The position numbers and the translations under genes were made by a program. This document shows, in pieces, positions 36,930-46,156 of a stretch of DNA of 62,021 bases. A model generated the notes under the pieces. That model made no database searches, had not been told where the DNA came from, and saw only the letters and a program-made list of their open reading frames with translations. The stretch comes from a virus (lineage: Duplodnaviria > Caudoviricetes). Positions within the stretch are counted from its first letter, which is position 1; every line of letters begins with the position of its first letter. The stretch is from the IMG/VR virus record IMGVR_UViG_3300031472_000001, positions 1 through 62,021 of that record; one strand, given 5' to 3'.

Positions 36930-37349
36930 TTAGAATTGTTGGAGATAGGAGCGAACGCGCTCTATATCATGATGAGGTATTTTTGTAACAAGGGCTGGAT
37001 GTAGATTATCTTTAAGTTTATTGCATCGTAAGCAACTAGGTACGCAGTTGCTAATCGAGGTCGAACCCCCAAGTTTCATCGGTATAAAATGCTCTAAACA
37101 CTCATATGATAGAAATTGGCAGTAAGCGCATTTTGCTTCAAAGTAGAGCAACGTCTTTAGCCATTGTTCTAAGGTAAGGTCTCTTGTAACCCATTTGTCC
37201 GCAGGTCGAAACCTTGCACGTCGAACAATTTGTGACTGATATTCCACATCGTTTACTCTACACAAAGGACAGGTAGATAGAGGCCATCCATTATCTTTAG
37301 GATATGGCTTGTGACAGATATGACAGGTTAGTATCTCAGGTTCTCTCAT
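36930..37349 (-). CDS. HNH endonuclease
   Basis: CAYC...EHFIP...GG....NCVPSC..CN..K. Confidence 0.88.
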   Translation of the reverse strand: MREPEILTCHICHKPYPKDNGWPLSTCPLCRVNDVEYQSQIVRRARFRPADKWVTRDLTLEQWLKTLLYFEAKCAYCQFLSYECLEHFIPMKLGGSTSISNCVPSCLRCNKLKDNLHPALVTKIPHHDIERVRSYLQQF

Positions 37350-37360
37350 GATTTCCTCTC

Positions 37361-37437
37361 TTGACTTTTACTTACACACCCGTGTATACTTCATATTGTA
37401 CATCACACCTGTGCATAGGTCAATATGCACACCCGTG
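37361..37437 (+). promoter_or_regulatory. rightward promoter with three operators
   Basis: TTGACT-18-TATACT; CACACCYGTG boxes within 37373-37437. Confidence 0.8.
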
Positions 37438-37457
37438 TATTATAGGAGATGATAGAA

Positions 37458-37775
37458 ATGGTGAACAAAAAAGAACTAAAGAAGATGATAACCGCCTCAG
37501 AAGTGGCAAAGATATGGAGAGAACGAGCGGCAGCAGAAGGTAAAGATACCAGATATACACGCTTCTCTGTCTACACACAGAGAGACAAGCTAGGCTATAC
37601 AGAGACGCCTCTAGGCTTCCTTTATGACAGAGAGAAAGCGGAGACGTTATCTTTACCTGCTTATCATGCTCGACCTGACGTGGCAGATAATAATAAACGG
37701 TTCAAGGGAATGACACGCGACAAGGACACAAGTCAATTTTTACCAGTTTCAGAAACTGACGCCAAAACCTCTTGA
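37458..37775 (+). CDS. putative HTH repressor
   Basis: IT.SEVA.I HTH-like start; flanked by operator repeats. Confidence 0.6.
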   Translation: MVNKKELKKMITASEVAKIWRERAAAEGKDTRYTRFSVYTQRDKLGYTETPLGFLYDREKAETLSLPAYHARPDVADNNKRFKGMTRDKDTSQFLPVSETDAKTS

Positions 37776-37800
37776 CATGCACACCTGTTCATGTTATACT
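37772..37800 (+). promoter_or_regulatory. rightward promoter with operator
   Basis: TTGACA-17-TATACT; TGCACACCTGT in the spacer. Confidence 0.85.
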
Positions 37801-37848
37801 ATAGACAGTTGAGAGAGACACAAAACAAGATTGAAAGAGGAAACGAAA

Positions 37849-38250
37849 ATGCTACAAGTCACTTGCGAGAAGACCGGCCTTCAATTCGAGGCGGCAACCA
37901 AGCGTACGAAGAACCATCCGAAGATTATGAACATAATCAACGAGGCCAACAAAGACGGTTGGTATCGTGAAGCTCTTGCGGCATTGCAAGATGGTCGAGA
38001 CGCTGGACTCGATACATTTGAGGATTTCTTGGAGTTGCTTCAGCAGACCAAAACATCTGCACTCAATCAGCAGATGGAAGACTACCGTGCGTTGCTTGCC
38101 AGGAAACGTGCAGAGCGCGAACAACGCATCCTTGTCTTCGTCAATCGTCAGGATTACGTACCTGTTGACCATGAGGTTGACAGTGGTATTGAGTATGCCG
38201 AGTTGATGCATCGTCCTCAGCCGAGTACAACGGATATGACTGAGGAATAA
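37849..38250 (+). CDS. hypothetical early protein
   Basis: RBS GAGG; first gene after a strong promoter. Confidence 0.65.
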   Translation: MLQVTCEKTGLQFEAATKRTKNHPKIMNIINEANKDGWYREALAALQDGRDAGLDTFEDFLELLQQTKTSALNQQMEDYRALLARKRAEREQRILVFVNRQDYVPVDHEVDSGIEYAELMHRPQPSTTDMTEE

Positions 38251-38340
38251 TAATTCAGAGAAATTTCCGCAGTAATTGCGGCAACTCACACTAGACTGAG
38301 AAGTGAGGCGACTTTCGCCTCTAGTGAAAGGAAAAGAACG

Positions 38341-38580
38341 ATGGACTTACAGCAAGCATTGGAGCAGTCGGGGATTGCCGAGACCTACTACGATGGCTAT
38401 ACAGCAGTTGTACGCGACGGTCAAGGCGAGAATGACGACAAGTTGACGCTCAGTATTCAGAGTGGCGGCATGCCTCCGCACTTCAGCAAAGACCTTGAGA
38501 GCGTAGAGCAGGTCGAGCAAGAGATGAGCGAGACACACGCCTCTAAGCCTCTCGACTGGACACCCGTTGACCCTGAATAA
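38341..38580 (+). CDS. acidic hypothetical protein
   Basis: RBS AAGGA. Confidence 0.65.
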   Translation: MDLQQALEQSGIAETYYDGYTAVVRDGQGENDDKLTLSIQSGGMPPHFSKDLESVEQVEQEMSETHASKPLDWTPVDPE

Positions 38581-38622
38581 CCACGAGTTGGGCGGGGCAA
38601 CTCGTCAGGAAGGATTGAGGCA

Positions 38623-38817
38623 ATGTACTGCACAATATGTAGCAAGCCAGCACAAACAGGCATTGTATGCGACGATCATAAGGACATATGGAACGCAATC
38701 CATGAAATTGCTAATCGAGAAGACGTTACTAGCGTGCTCTCAGAAGCATTGGCGAAAGTTCCACATCTGTACGACCCGAAAACGAGCGAGAAGTATACAG
38801 ACGCCAAAATAGCATAA
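38623..38817 (+). CDS. small Cys/His protein
   Basis: C..C....C..H; RBS GAGG. Confidence 0.6.
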   Translation: MYCTICSKPAQTGIVCDDHKDIWNAIHEIANREDVTSVLSEALAKVPHLYDPKTSEKYTDAKIA

Positions 38818-38941
38818 TCTCCTGCACATCCCTACAGCGCATCGCTTGCGTCGATGCACTGCTCTCAACTCAAAAAAGCAGTGAGCGCAATTGAGCTTCC
38901 ATGCCTCTGGTATGATGGACAGCGAAAGGAGAAATCGGATC

Positions 38942-39172
38942 ATGAAACACTCAATCTCTATCGAACCAGGCTCTAGTTATCGACGTATCTTAGGAATTAT
39001 TCAGTCTGAAGATGGAACAGCAGTAGCCGAGAGCCTCAATGATGAGCATGATGGTACAAACCCGTACCAACTGCTCACAATCATGACAAACAAAGAAATT
39101 TCAGAGAAGACAGAGGCGAAGGTGGATGCTCAACAGAATGTGATCATTTCCACCTTCAACATTGAGGAATAA
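38942..39172 (+). CDS. hypothetical protein
   Basis: RBS AAAGGAG. Confidence 0.6.
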   Translation: MKHSISIEPGSSYRRILGIIQSEDGTAVAESLNDEHDGTNPYQLLTIMTNKEISEKTEAKVDAQQNVIISTFNIEE

Positions 39173-39283
39173 CGACAAGTGTCGATGCACTGTTGTGTTG
39201 CTCCTGACGTGTGCGGACACTACTTCTTTTAGTTGCAGAGTGGGGAGTCGCAAGGCTCCCCTGAAAGGGAAAGATACTGTACG

Positions 39284-39499
39284 ATGGCAAAGAAAGTTAT
39301 AGCAGTCGTTTCAGGGAAAACAATTTTAGCGCGGCCTTTGCGCTTCCGTTTCAAATTGGAAGAGCAAAGCAGCATCGATGAAGAGGAGCGGTGGTGGCAA
39401 GGACCGAACAGAACGCTTACAGATGAGGATATTCGCCTTTTAGAGAGGGAAAAGCAAGCAGGGCGAATTAAGTGGTGGGGAATAGAGGATTGTATATAG
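39284..39499 (+). CDS. hypothetical protein
   Basis: ORF ending at a terminator. Confidence 0.5.
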   Translation: MAKKVIAVVSGKTILARPLRFRFKLEEQSSIDEEERWWQGPNRTLTDEDIRLLEREKQAGRIKWWGIEDCI

Positions 39500-39501
39500 G
39501 C

Positions 39502-39546
39502 GCAACAAAACAGCGCATCGACAGAAGCGATGCGCTGTTTTGTTGC
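39502..39546. terminator. bidirectional terminator
   Basis: 19-bp perfect inverted repeat between convergent genes. Confidence 0.8.
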
Positions 39547-39547
39547 T

Positions 39548-39778
39548 CTAACTCGCAATACAAATGATGAGAAAGATAATGCCAATCGCATCACAGACAA
39601 GGCCAAGCACAACAAAAAAGATGCCAAGAAACGGAATAAGCCCAAACACATGCAGCAAGCCGCCCAGCAGGAAAAAGCACAGTGCAGCGACTGCATACCC
39701 CTTGCCTGGATTGCTCGGCGGTTGTTGCTGGTATTGTGGCTGCTGGTAATACCATTGCGGTTGTGGTTGCTGCTGCAC
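39548..39778 (-). CDS. small Gln-rich 2-TM membrane protein
   Basis: Q/P/Y-rich N-terminus followed by two hydrophobic helices. Confidence 0.6.
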   Translation of the reverse strand: MQQQPQPQWYYQQPQYQQQPPSNPGKGYAVAALCFFLLGGLLHVFGLIPFLGIFFVVLGLVCDAIGIIFLIICIAS

Positions 39779-39911
39779 GATGAACCCCTTTTCTTCTCAG
39801 TATAGCATATTTTCCTGTTACACAATATTTTGCACACGGTTACTCGACTCTCAGTACATCGTCACTATATGCGTATCATTTATATTGGCCAGTATAAAGG
39901 AGATTTTACTC

Positions 39912-40562
39912 ATGAGTAACCCGAATCAACCACAATTTCCACAAGGACAACCGCCGTACAACAATCAGCAGGGACAGCCACAAGGCTATCAGCAGGGGCC
40001 ACAACAACGCTACGACGGGCCGCCGCAAGGGTATCCTCAACAGGGCTACCAGCAACCGCCAATGGCACCGCAGACGCCACCAAAGAAAAAGCGTCGTGGC
40101 TTGCTCATTGCAGGTATCGTGATTGCCGTCTTGCTCTTTGGCTGTATTGGCGCGGCTATAGCGGCCTCGTCGCACACAGGCACAGCACCAGCGACGACAG
40201 CAGGCACAACGACCACTACGAACACACAAGCAACGTCGGCACCGACAAAGGCACCTGTACAGCAGAAGTGGACGACCACGCACACGTTCACCGGCAATGG
40301 AAGCAAAAAATTCGCGACGTTCGCGGTTCCTGGCGACTGGAAGTTGTTGTGGACGTGTGATCCGGCCTCGTTTACGGGAGGCCAATACAACGTGATCATC
40401 ACACCAACGGGGACTGATAACACGCCTGTCGATGCTGGTATCAATACCATTTGCAAGGCTGGCAATACCAGTGGGGATACTGAAATCAGGACCAGTGGAA
40501 ACGTTTTCTTAGACGTAACCAGTGAAGCGTCGTACACGATTAAAATACAAGAACTCAAATAA
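39912..40562 (+). CDS. membrane-anchored surface protein (moron; possible superinfection exclusion)
   Basis: Q/P/G/Y-rich N-terminus, KKKRR plus TM helix, Thr-rich linker, beta domain with a Cys pair. Confidence 0.75.
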   Translation: MSNPNQPQFPQGQPPYNNQQGQPQGYQQGPQQRYDGPPQGYPQQGYQQPPMAPQTPPKKKRRGLLIAGIVIAVLLFGCIGAAIAASSHTGTAPATTAGTTTTTNTQATSAPTKAPVQQKWTTTHTFTGNGSKKFATFAVPGDWKLLWTCDPASFTGGQYNVIITPTGTDNTPVDAGINTICKAGNTSGDTEIRTSGNVFLDVTSEASYTIKIQELK

Positions 40563-40592
40563 CAACATTTCCGTAACATTGTAAGACATTGC

Positions 40593-40642
40593 AAAACGGG
40601 TACGGTAGGTAGACAATGAGTTACCTTCCCAGTACCCGTTTT
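40593..40642. terminator. bidirectional terminator-like inverted repeat
   Basis: AAAACGGGTAC...GTACCCGTTTT between convergent genes. Confidence 0.6.
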
Positions 40643-40678
40643 TCACGCGATTTTCACACACGTTCTGCTATACTCTTC

Positions 40679-41008
40679 TTAGACGTTTGGTGGCGTCTGT
40701 AGATGTACCTCACTTTCTAATTCCGCTAGATCGTGTAGGGCTTCGTTCCGATGTTGTTGGGTAACGTGACCAGCTAGTATGGTCAGGTCACGTTCCCACG
40801 GCTCGACTCTCCATTGCTCGTACTTGCGACATGCTGCAAACAACTTCTCCAAACTTCCTAGCCCTGGCCTCTTGCCGTCAGCGACCCAGGTCCAGAGCGT
40901 TGCTTGTGGAATATCGGCTTCGCGTGCGATACGTCGATGCGAAACCCCCAAGACTTTGCAGGTCGCTTCAAAGTACCTCCCAAACTCTGTTAAGTTCTCT
41001 GGCTGCAT
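40679..41008 (-). CDS. XRE-family HTH regulator
   Basis: FG.YF...GVS..IAREA.IP..TL..W...G.RP motif. Confidence 0.8.
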   Translation of the reverse strand: MQPENLTEFGRYFEATCKVLGVSHRRIAREADIPQATLWTWVADGKRPGLGSLEKLFAACRKYEQWRVEPWERDLTILAGHVTQQHRNEALHDLAELESEVHLQTPPNV

Positions 41009-41046
41009 ATAACTGTGTGGACGTGTCACATGCTCCTCTCTTCTAA

Positions 41047-41081
41047 GCAAAAAGTGACTATACCTGTTAGTCACTTTTTGC
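41047..41081. promoter_or_regulatory. palindromic operator-like site
   Basis: GCAAAAAGTGACTA-7-TAGTCACTTTTTGC; related AGTGAC half-sites near 41700-41755. Confidence 0.6.
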
Positions 41082-41127
41082 ATGTTTTACTTACAAAGAT
41101 AGTATACACGTCACATGAGAGTATGTC

Positions 41128-41607
41128 TCAGAGGGATGTGTCAAGGGGTTTCTTGAATTGCCGTTTTGTGCCTGATGTCGCGCTCCGAATACGCTGACGA
41201 TAGGACTTATCTCCCATATCCCCAATCGTGTCGGTGGTAGGAGATTTTTGGATTGCCAACTCTTCTGTAGTACGCCGGAGTGCCTCGTTGATCTGTTGAG
41301 GAATGGCGTAGCCGGCAAGGTGCATAATTGTCTCGTATTTTTGTGTCTCATGCCTACGCCCTGCGTACTTGTACATGATGCGACACCAGCGAAACAACTT
41401 GGCGTAACTCGGATGCTGATACTTCTCTTTTTCCTCGGCGGTCGCACGCCAGAAACCGCCCCGTTCAATGCCAAGCGACTCTCCCACCATAGGCGTAAGG
41501 CCACTTTCCTTGAATGCTTTCTTGAGCATTTCCACAAACACCAACCGTCTACGTTCCTCTTCTGCTTGTATATCGGTAAGCAGCAAATCAGCACTGTCTT
41601 GGAACAT
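41128..41607 (-). CDS. XRE-like regulator, paralog of 40679..41008
   Basis: SGLT...GESLGI HTH-like segment; shared LF..CR...LAG....Q..NEAL C-terminus. Confidence 0.65.
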   Translation of the reverse strand: MFQDSADLLLTDIQAEEERRRLVFVEMLKKAFKESGLTPMVGESLGIERGGFWRATAEEKEKYQHPSYAKLFRWCRIMYKYAGRRHETQKYETIMHLAGYAIPQQINEALRRTTEELAIQKSPTTDTIGDMGDKSYRQRIRSATSGTKRQFKKPLDTSL

Positions 41608-41689
41608 ACAAAAATCTCCTTACCCTGGATGGCGGGCAAAGCTCACTCTTCGTCAACCTGTACGTTAAGAAATCTTAACCTCTTCCCAC

Positions 41690-41718
41690 TTGCAAAGAGA
41701 GTGACCAATGGTTATAAT
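41690..41718 (+). promoter_or_regulatory. rightward promoter
   Basis: TTGCAA-17-TATAAT. Confidence 0.8.
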
Positions 41719-41796
41719 CACTTTCAGACGTTGCAAAAACACAACGTAGTCACTATAGCATAGAAACGTGTCGATGTCACGAATTCGGGAGAGGTC

Positions 41797-42108
41797 ATGC
41801 GAAAAATGCCGATTGAAATTATCTTGCTCACCGCGTTATTGGCAGCGGAAATTGCCACCGCGCTCTACGTGGCTCGTAAATATGGCGACACGGGAGTTAC
41901 ACAAGACGGTCAACCTGTCGTCCTCTCGCCCAGGCAAACGTGCGACCTGACGCCGGAGGAGCTGCTGGATAGCCATGCGACAGAGGAGGATGCGTTCGTC
42001 GCGACGTGGATGGAACTTGAGGAGAACGGCGCACTGTTCACACGCGATGAAGTAGCACGCCTGCACTTCCTCGCTAGCACGCTCAAGAGCCGATTGGAGG
42101 CGCGATAG
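41797..42108 (+). CDS. N-terminal TM hypothetical protein
   Basis: RBS GGAGAGG; F...E..RL.FL motif. Confidence 0.6.
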   Translation: MRKMPIEIILLTALLAAEIATALYVARKYGDTGVTQDGQPVVLSPRQTCDLTPEELLDSHATEEDAFVATWMELEENGALFTRDEVARLHFLASTLKSRLEAR

Positions 42109-42641
42109 TGATTCGACTCCTGACGGGCTTCTTACCGATGCCACCGAGTTTGGATAGCGGGTATGGACAGGACACGCGAGGCCGCTCACTCAAAAGAGAT
42201 GGCACGCCGAAAAAGGCTGTGACGTACCTCAAGCCACACGTCAAGCGGTGGAAGCAAGACGCCTACACCGCGCTCACAGCATCGGCACAGCAAGACGTGC
42301 AGGCCATACAGCAGGCGCGTGAGTGCGAGACGCTCACACTGTATGTGTCGCTCTCGCACTCCTTTCACGATGTGAAGTTGCATTGGGCGGACATCGACAA
42401 CCGACTGAAATTTACCTTTGATACGGTACTGAAAGAGTATCTCCAGATTGATGACCGCTTTGTGTTCGGCATGCACATTTCTAAATCTCAGGCTCCGTTC
42501 GATGAAGAGGAATCACTCTACATCGCGCTCTATCGCAAGATCACCCTTGACGATGAGCTTGCACCGATCATGTCAATTGCTGATACCCGTCCTAGCTTTC
42601 TCAAGCGCAGGACGCCCACACCAAAGAGAAAAGTGAGTTAA
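42108..42641 (+). CDS. rusA: RusA-like Holliday junction resolvase
   Basis: LP.PPS, DIDN.LK...D and IDDR.V motifs. Confidence 0.8.
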   Translation: MIRLLTGFLPMPPSLDSGYGQDTRGRSLKRDGTPKKAVTYLKPHVKRWKQDAYTALTASAQQDVQAIQQARECETLTLYVSLSHSFHDVKLHWADIDNRLKFTFDTVLKEYLQIDDRFVFGMHISKSQAPFDEEESLYIALYRKITLDDELAPIMSIADTRPSFLKRRTPTPKRKVS

Positions 42642-42650
42642 GGTGAAAAT

Positions 42651-43118
42651 ATGAACATGAAAGAAGTCGTCCACAAGTTGCTGTATCCGCGTCCTGTGAC
42701 CCGTCCTCTGGCCGCTCTGCAGCGCGAAGAGCCAGTCGCGACAACCGTGCTACAGTACGTCAGCACCGCCACGCTTGCGCGTACTGCACAGAGCGTGCGA
42801 CCTGTTGAGCGCGACACGACGGCACACTTGGCAATCGTCAGGCCACAAAAGTACCTCTATCGCAGCAAGTGGACGCGCGTGAGTGCGATAGAGTTGGTCA
42901 ATGGTGCGATTGCGAAGATCAGGGCCAAGCACGGCTCCAACCGATTGCCACGCTTCGTGTACCTCTCTGCAGAGCAATACGAGTGGTACACGAAGCGCAC
43001 AGGCCAATCACTTTTCAGCGTCGGCTCTACAGCAATCTCTATTCGGAGCGATTTCGAGCAACCGTGCAACCTTGCCAACAACGAAGCCTTCGTCGTTGGC
43101 GTCCAGGAGGTCGCATGA
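42651..43118 (+). CDS. hypothetical protein
   Basis: In the rightward operon. Confidence 0.6.
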   Translation: MNMKEVVHKLLYPRPVTRPLAALQREEPVATTVLQYVSTATLARTAQSVRPVERDTTAHLAIVRPQKYLYRSKWTRVSAIELVNGAIAKIRAKHGSNRLPRFVYLSAEQYEWYTKRTGQSLFSVGSTAISIRSDFEQPCNLANNEAFVVGVQEVA

Positions 43119-43381
43119 GCCAATTCAAACACCGCAACGAAACCGTCTCAGACGCCCAGGAGACGTTCGAGACACTGAGAGCGACAAGACAAGCACTCTC
43201 ACAGCACAAGGCAGGTGTAGAGGCTATCAGTGCCATACGCAAGCATATCAGCAGTGAGATACTGGCCGCCTCGCTCTCAGAAGAAGAGGTACACGTCAAC
43301 CCGATGGCACAAACCAGCCGTATGCTGCCAGCGATGCACACGGTCACGATGCCAACAGAGAAAGTCGAGAAACGCGCATGA
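43115..43381 (+). CDS. hypothetical protein
   Basis: RBS AGGAGG, ATGA-coupled; MSQFKH start. Confidence 0.6.
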   Translation: MSQFKHRNETVSDAQETFETLRATRQALSQHKAGVEAISAIRKHISSEILAASLSEEEVHVNPMAQTSRMLPAMHTVTMPTEKVEKRA

Positions 43382-43644
43382 GAACGCAATCACCTGTAAC
43401 TATCCGCATGTCCGCACAGGATGAAGTGACGCAAGAGTTAGAGCGCATCAGCGCGGAATTGACGCTTGCCTTCTATCCAATGTTGTACAAGATTGACGCG
43501 CAACAGGTGCGTATTCCACAACACGCTCAAAGTTACGAAGAGAGTGACCGGCCAGTGCTGTTTTACACGCGTGAGAGCGACAATGGGGAGTGGGTGACAG
43601 CAGGACGCATCTATCAGAGTCAAGACGAAAGGGAGGGATGCTAG
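43378..43644 (+). CDS. hypothetical protein
   Basis: ATGA-coupled. Confidence 0.55.
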   Translation: MRTQSPVTIRMSAQDEVTQELERISAELTLAFYPMLYKIDAQQVRIPQHAQSYEESDRPVLFYTRESDNGEWVTAGRIYQSQDEREGC

Positions 43645-43971
43645 ATGGGAATGGCATTAGAACGCGCGCTCTTCTTGAGCAGCAAAAAACAGGCAAAAAC
43701 ATTTGAGACCGTGCCTATAGGATTTTACTTCCATAAGAAAATCTACAAACTGCTCGTGACGCGGATTGCGGATTTGGGCATGTGCCGACTAGAGATATTC
43801 AGCATCACCTATCCTGATGCGAAAGAAGGCAAAGGATGGGGAGATGCATGTGTAGCAAAAGAACCTCACTCCACGACAGAGAAGGATATGTCCGCAATGA
43901 AAGCTTTCTTACAGGCACACCAGTATCGAGTAGATGATGGTTGGGAGCCAGTAGAAGAGGTGAGCGCATGA
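43645..43971 (+). CDS. hypothetical protein
   Basis: In operon. Confidence 0.6.
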   Translation: MGMALERALFLSSKKQAKTFETVPIGFYFHKKIYKLLVTRIADLGMCRLEIFSITYPDAKEGKGWGDACVAKEPHSTTEKDMSAMKAFLQAHQYRVDDGWEPVEEVSA

Positions 43972-44075
43972 GAGCGAGATTACAGCAATTGTGGCGATGG
44001 CTCAGAGACCTGTTCAGGGACACGCCAGAGGACACGAACACCGAGGATGACGACATACAGAACAGGGCGTGGTGA

Positions 44076-44324
44076 ATGACCAGGGAACGCTTAGAGAGCA
44101 ATCTGCGGCTTGTAGAGCAGGATAGACCAGAAGAGCCGACGTATCGACTCCGTGACATCCTCTCAGACTCTGACACGCATCAGCACTACCTCGCACGGCT
44201 ACGACGCGCAGGGCAACTCACGAAGGCCGCATTACCGATGGTGCTACTTGGTGCTGTGTTGGCGGTGGTGATAGTGGTCGTGCTGATGCTGGTCTCGTTT
44301 TATGCGGGAGCGATAGGGCTATGA
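44076..44324 (+). CDS. C-terminal TM protein
   Basis: Hydrophobic C-terminal helix. Confidence 0.55.
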   Translation: MTRERLESNLRLVEQDRPEEPTYRLRDILSDSDTHQHYLARLRRAGQLTKAALPMVLLGAVLAVVIVVVLMLVSFYAGAIGL

Positions 44325-44548
44325 GTAAGTCAACATGTACCGGATGTCAACACGTTTTCAACAGCATTGGCGTCTTTGATCGGCACCGCATAGGGGAGTA
44401 CCAGAAGACGGACGGCACACCATCAACACGGCGATGCTTGACGACTGAGCAAATGCGAGCGAAGGGACTGCTCCAAAACGCGAAGGGCTGGTGGATTGGT
44501 AGCGAGTACGACGCCTCTATCCACCAACGAGAAGAGGCAGAGCTATGA
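44321..44548 (+). CDS. FDxHR zinc-binding phage protein
   Basis: C.GC...F.....FD.HR...RRCL motif. Confidence 0.8.
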   Translation: MSKSTCTGCQHVFNSIGVFDRHRIGEYQKTDGTPSTRRCLTTEQMRAKGLLQNAKGWWIGSEYDASIHQREEAEL

Positions 44549-44863
44549 CACTCCTCACGATTACAGGCGTCGTCTTTTTCGCGGCGGGTCTCTATTGCGG
44601 CTGGAGATTGTGTGCAGCATATATCCATAAACGATTCAGGCACATCGGACAGGCGGTCATTGAAAAAGTGTTCAACGAAAAAGAGGAGATTACAGAACCA
44701 TGAGCAAAACGGCCTATCCAAAGACGCTCAACTTACGAGCGAAAGCAGCGACAACCACGAAGAAGGATAGCGGCATCACTGTGCATGTCGAGAGTGAATC
44801 CGCGTGCTACTTTGTCAGTGGCGAGAAGCTGTACCACAAGCTGGCATGGGAGCAGGTGAAGCG

Positions 44864-45172
44864 ATGAATGAAGACACCACACCCATGGGCGCAGGCAGAA
44901 AGCAAATCCACACAGGATTAGAGCCGCTAGAGATAGACGTGCGTAAGAGCGAACTCCTTGCCAATCAAGCACCAAAGAGCCAGCACTACAAAGGTTTCGC
45001 CATAGAGCCATTGCAGTACATTGAGGCCAACGCGCTTCCATTCATCGAAGGCAACATCATCAAGTACGTCTCACGGTGGCGACACAAAGACGGACTCGAC
45101 GATTTACGCAAGGCAGAGTTTTACATCAAGCGATTGATAGAGCAAGCAGAGCAAGAGGCAAAGAACGGATGA
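44864..45172 (+). CDS. DUF3310 (SaV-like) protein
   Basis: HY....IEP..YI......F.EGNIIKYV.RW..K.G..DL.KA..Y motif. Confidence 0.9.
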   Translation: MNEDTTPMGAGRKQIHTGLEPLEIDVRKSELLANQAPKSQHYKGFAIEPLQYIEANALPFIEGNIIKYVSRWRHKDGLDDLRKAEFYIKRLIEQAEQEAKNG

Positions 45173-45453
45173 GAGCAATACATCCAGACAAGGCACATGG
45201 AGTTGCAAAGATTGAAACAGGGCCATTAGCAGGGGTGCATTGCCATACCGTAGATTTTCAAGGCATACGGACGTGCTGGCTCGATACAGTACCTTTTGAT
45301 ACCACGTTTCAAGGCACAACAGAGAAACTAGACCACGATATTGCAACGCTGTTTGAAGAGTCCTTGCCGTTTTTCGAGAGCAGGGAAGAGGCTCGTACCT
45401 ATTTCTTAGAGAGGGTAGAACAAATGAGCCATTACGATAGCACACAAAAATAA
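45169..45453 (+). CDS. hypothetical protein
   Basis: ATGA-coupled. Confidence 0.55.
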   Translation: MRAIHPDKAHGVAKIETGPLAGVHCHTVDFQGIRTCWLDTVPFDTTFQGTTEKLDHDIATLFEESLPFFESREEARTYFLERVEQMSHYDSTQK

Positions 45454-45483
45454 ACGCCTGCACCGGAGAGCGCAGGCGAGGGA

Positions 45484-45699
45484 TTAGGCAGCGTGTTTTT
45501 CGTCGTCACTATCGTCTTCAAACAATTGATCGACAGGGACACCTAAAACTTCAGCAAGCTTTCTGCATGTGCTAGGACGCGGTTTATGTCTTGCGTTTTC
45601 AATGCTACCAATTGTTTGAGCCTGAACACCAACAAGCTGGGCTAGTTCACTCTGAGAAAGATAGTTCTTTTCGCGCCAGTGACGCACATTATTTTTCAT
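45484..45699 (-). CDS. XRE-family HTH regulator
   Basis: LSQ.ELA..VGV...TI..IEN....P.....KLA..LGV; RBS AAGGAGG. Confidence 0.92.
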   Translation of the reverse strand: MKNNVRHWREKNYLSQSELAQLVGVQAQTIGSIENARHKPRPSTCRKLAEVLGVPVDQLFEDDSDDEKHAA

Positions 45700-45873
45700 A
45701 AAGCCTCCTTGTGAGCAATACATCTTTCTACAATAGTATAGCATAATCGTAGGAAAATCAACATCGTTTTTATGACTCTTTACCTATGACACTTGATTTA
45801 TGTACGATTATGTGGTAAATTAGATATGACAAGTAGCAAATATAGTTACAGATTAGATAAAATGAAATGAGGA

Positions 45874-46140
45874 ATGATGAACGCAACCATTGAGAAACCA
45901 CAAGCACCGCAACCTGTACAGACAACCCCAACGGTTGAGCGAGACCTTTTTTGTTGTCGCTGCAAGGATGATTTTCCACTCGCCAAAGAGCCGACACAGT
46001 GGCACATGGGCGAAATGCGTCTTCTCTCCAAAGCCCCAAAGAAAATACGTGACCAATTCCGCGAGTGGCTTCAACACGATGAGGGTAAATACCTTTGCGG
46101 TAACTGCTACTTTGACCTCTTTGACCTCACAGACGAATAG
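45874..46140 (+). CDS. Cys-motif hypothetical protein
   Basis: C..C...CGNC; divergent from the XRE gene. Confidence 0.6.
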   Translation: MMNATIEKPQAPQPVQTTPTVERDLFCCRCKDDFPLAKEPTQWHMGEMRLLSKAPKKIRDQFREWLQHDEGKYLCGNCYFDLFDLTDE

Positions 46141-46156
46141 TAGAAGGAGAGATACC

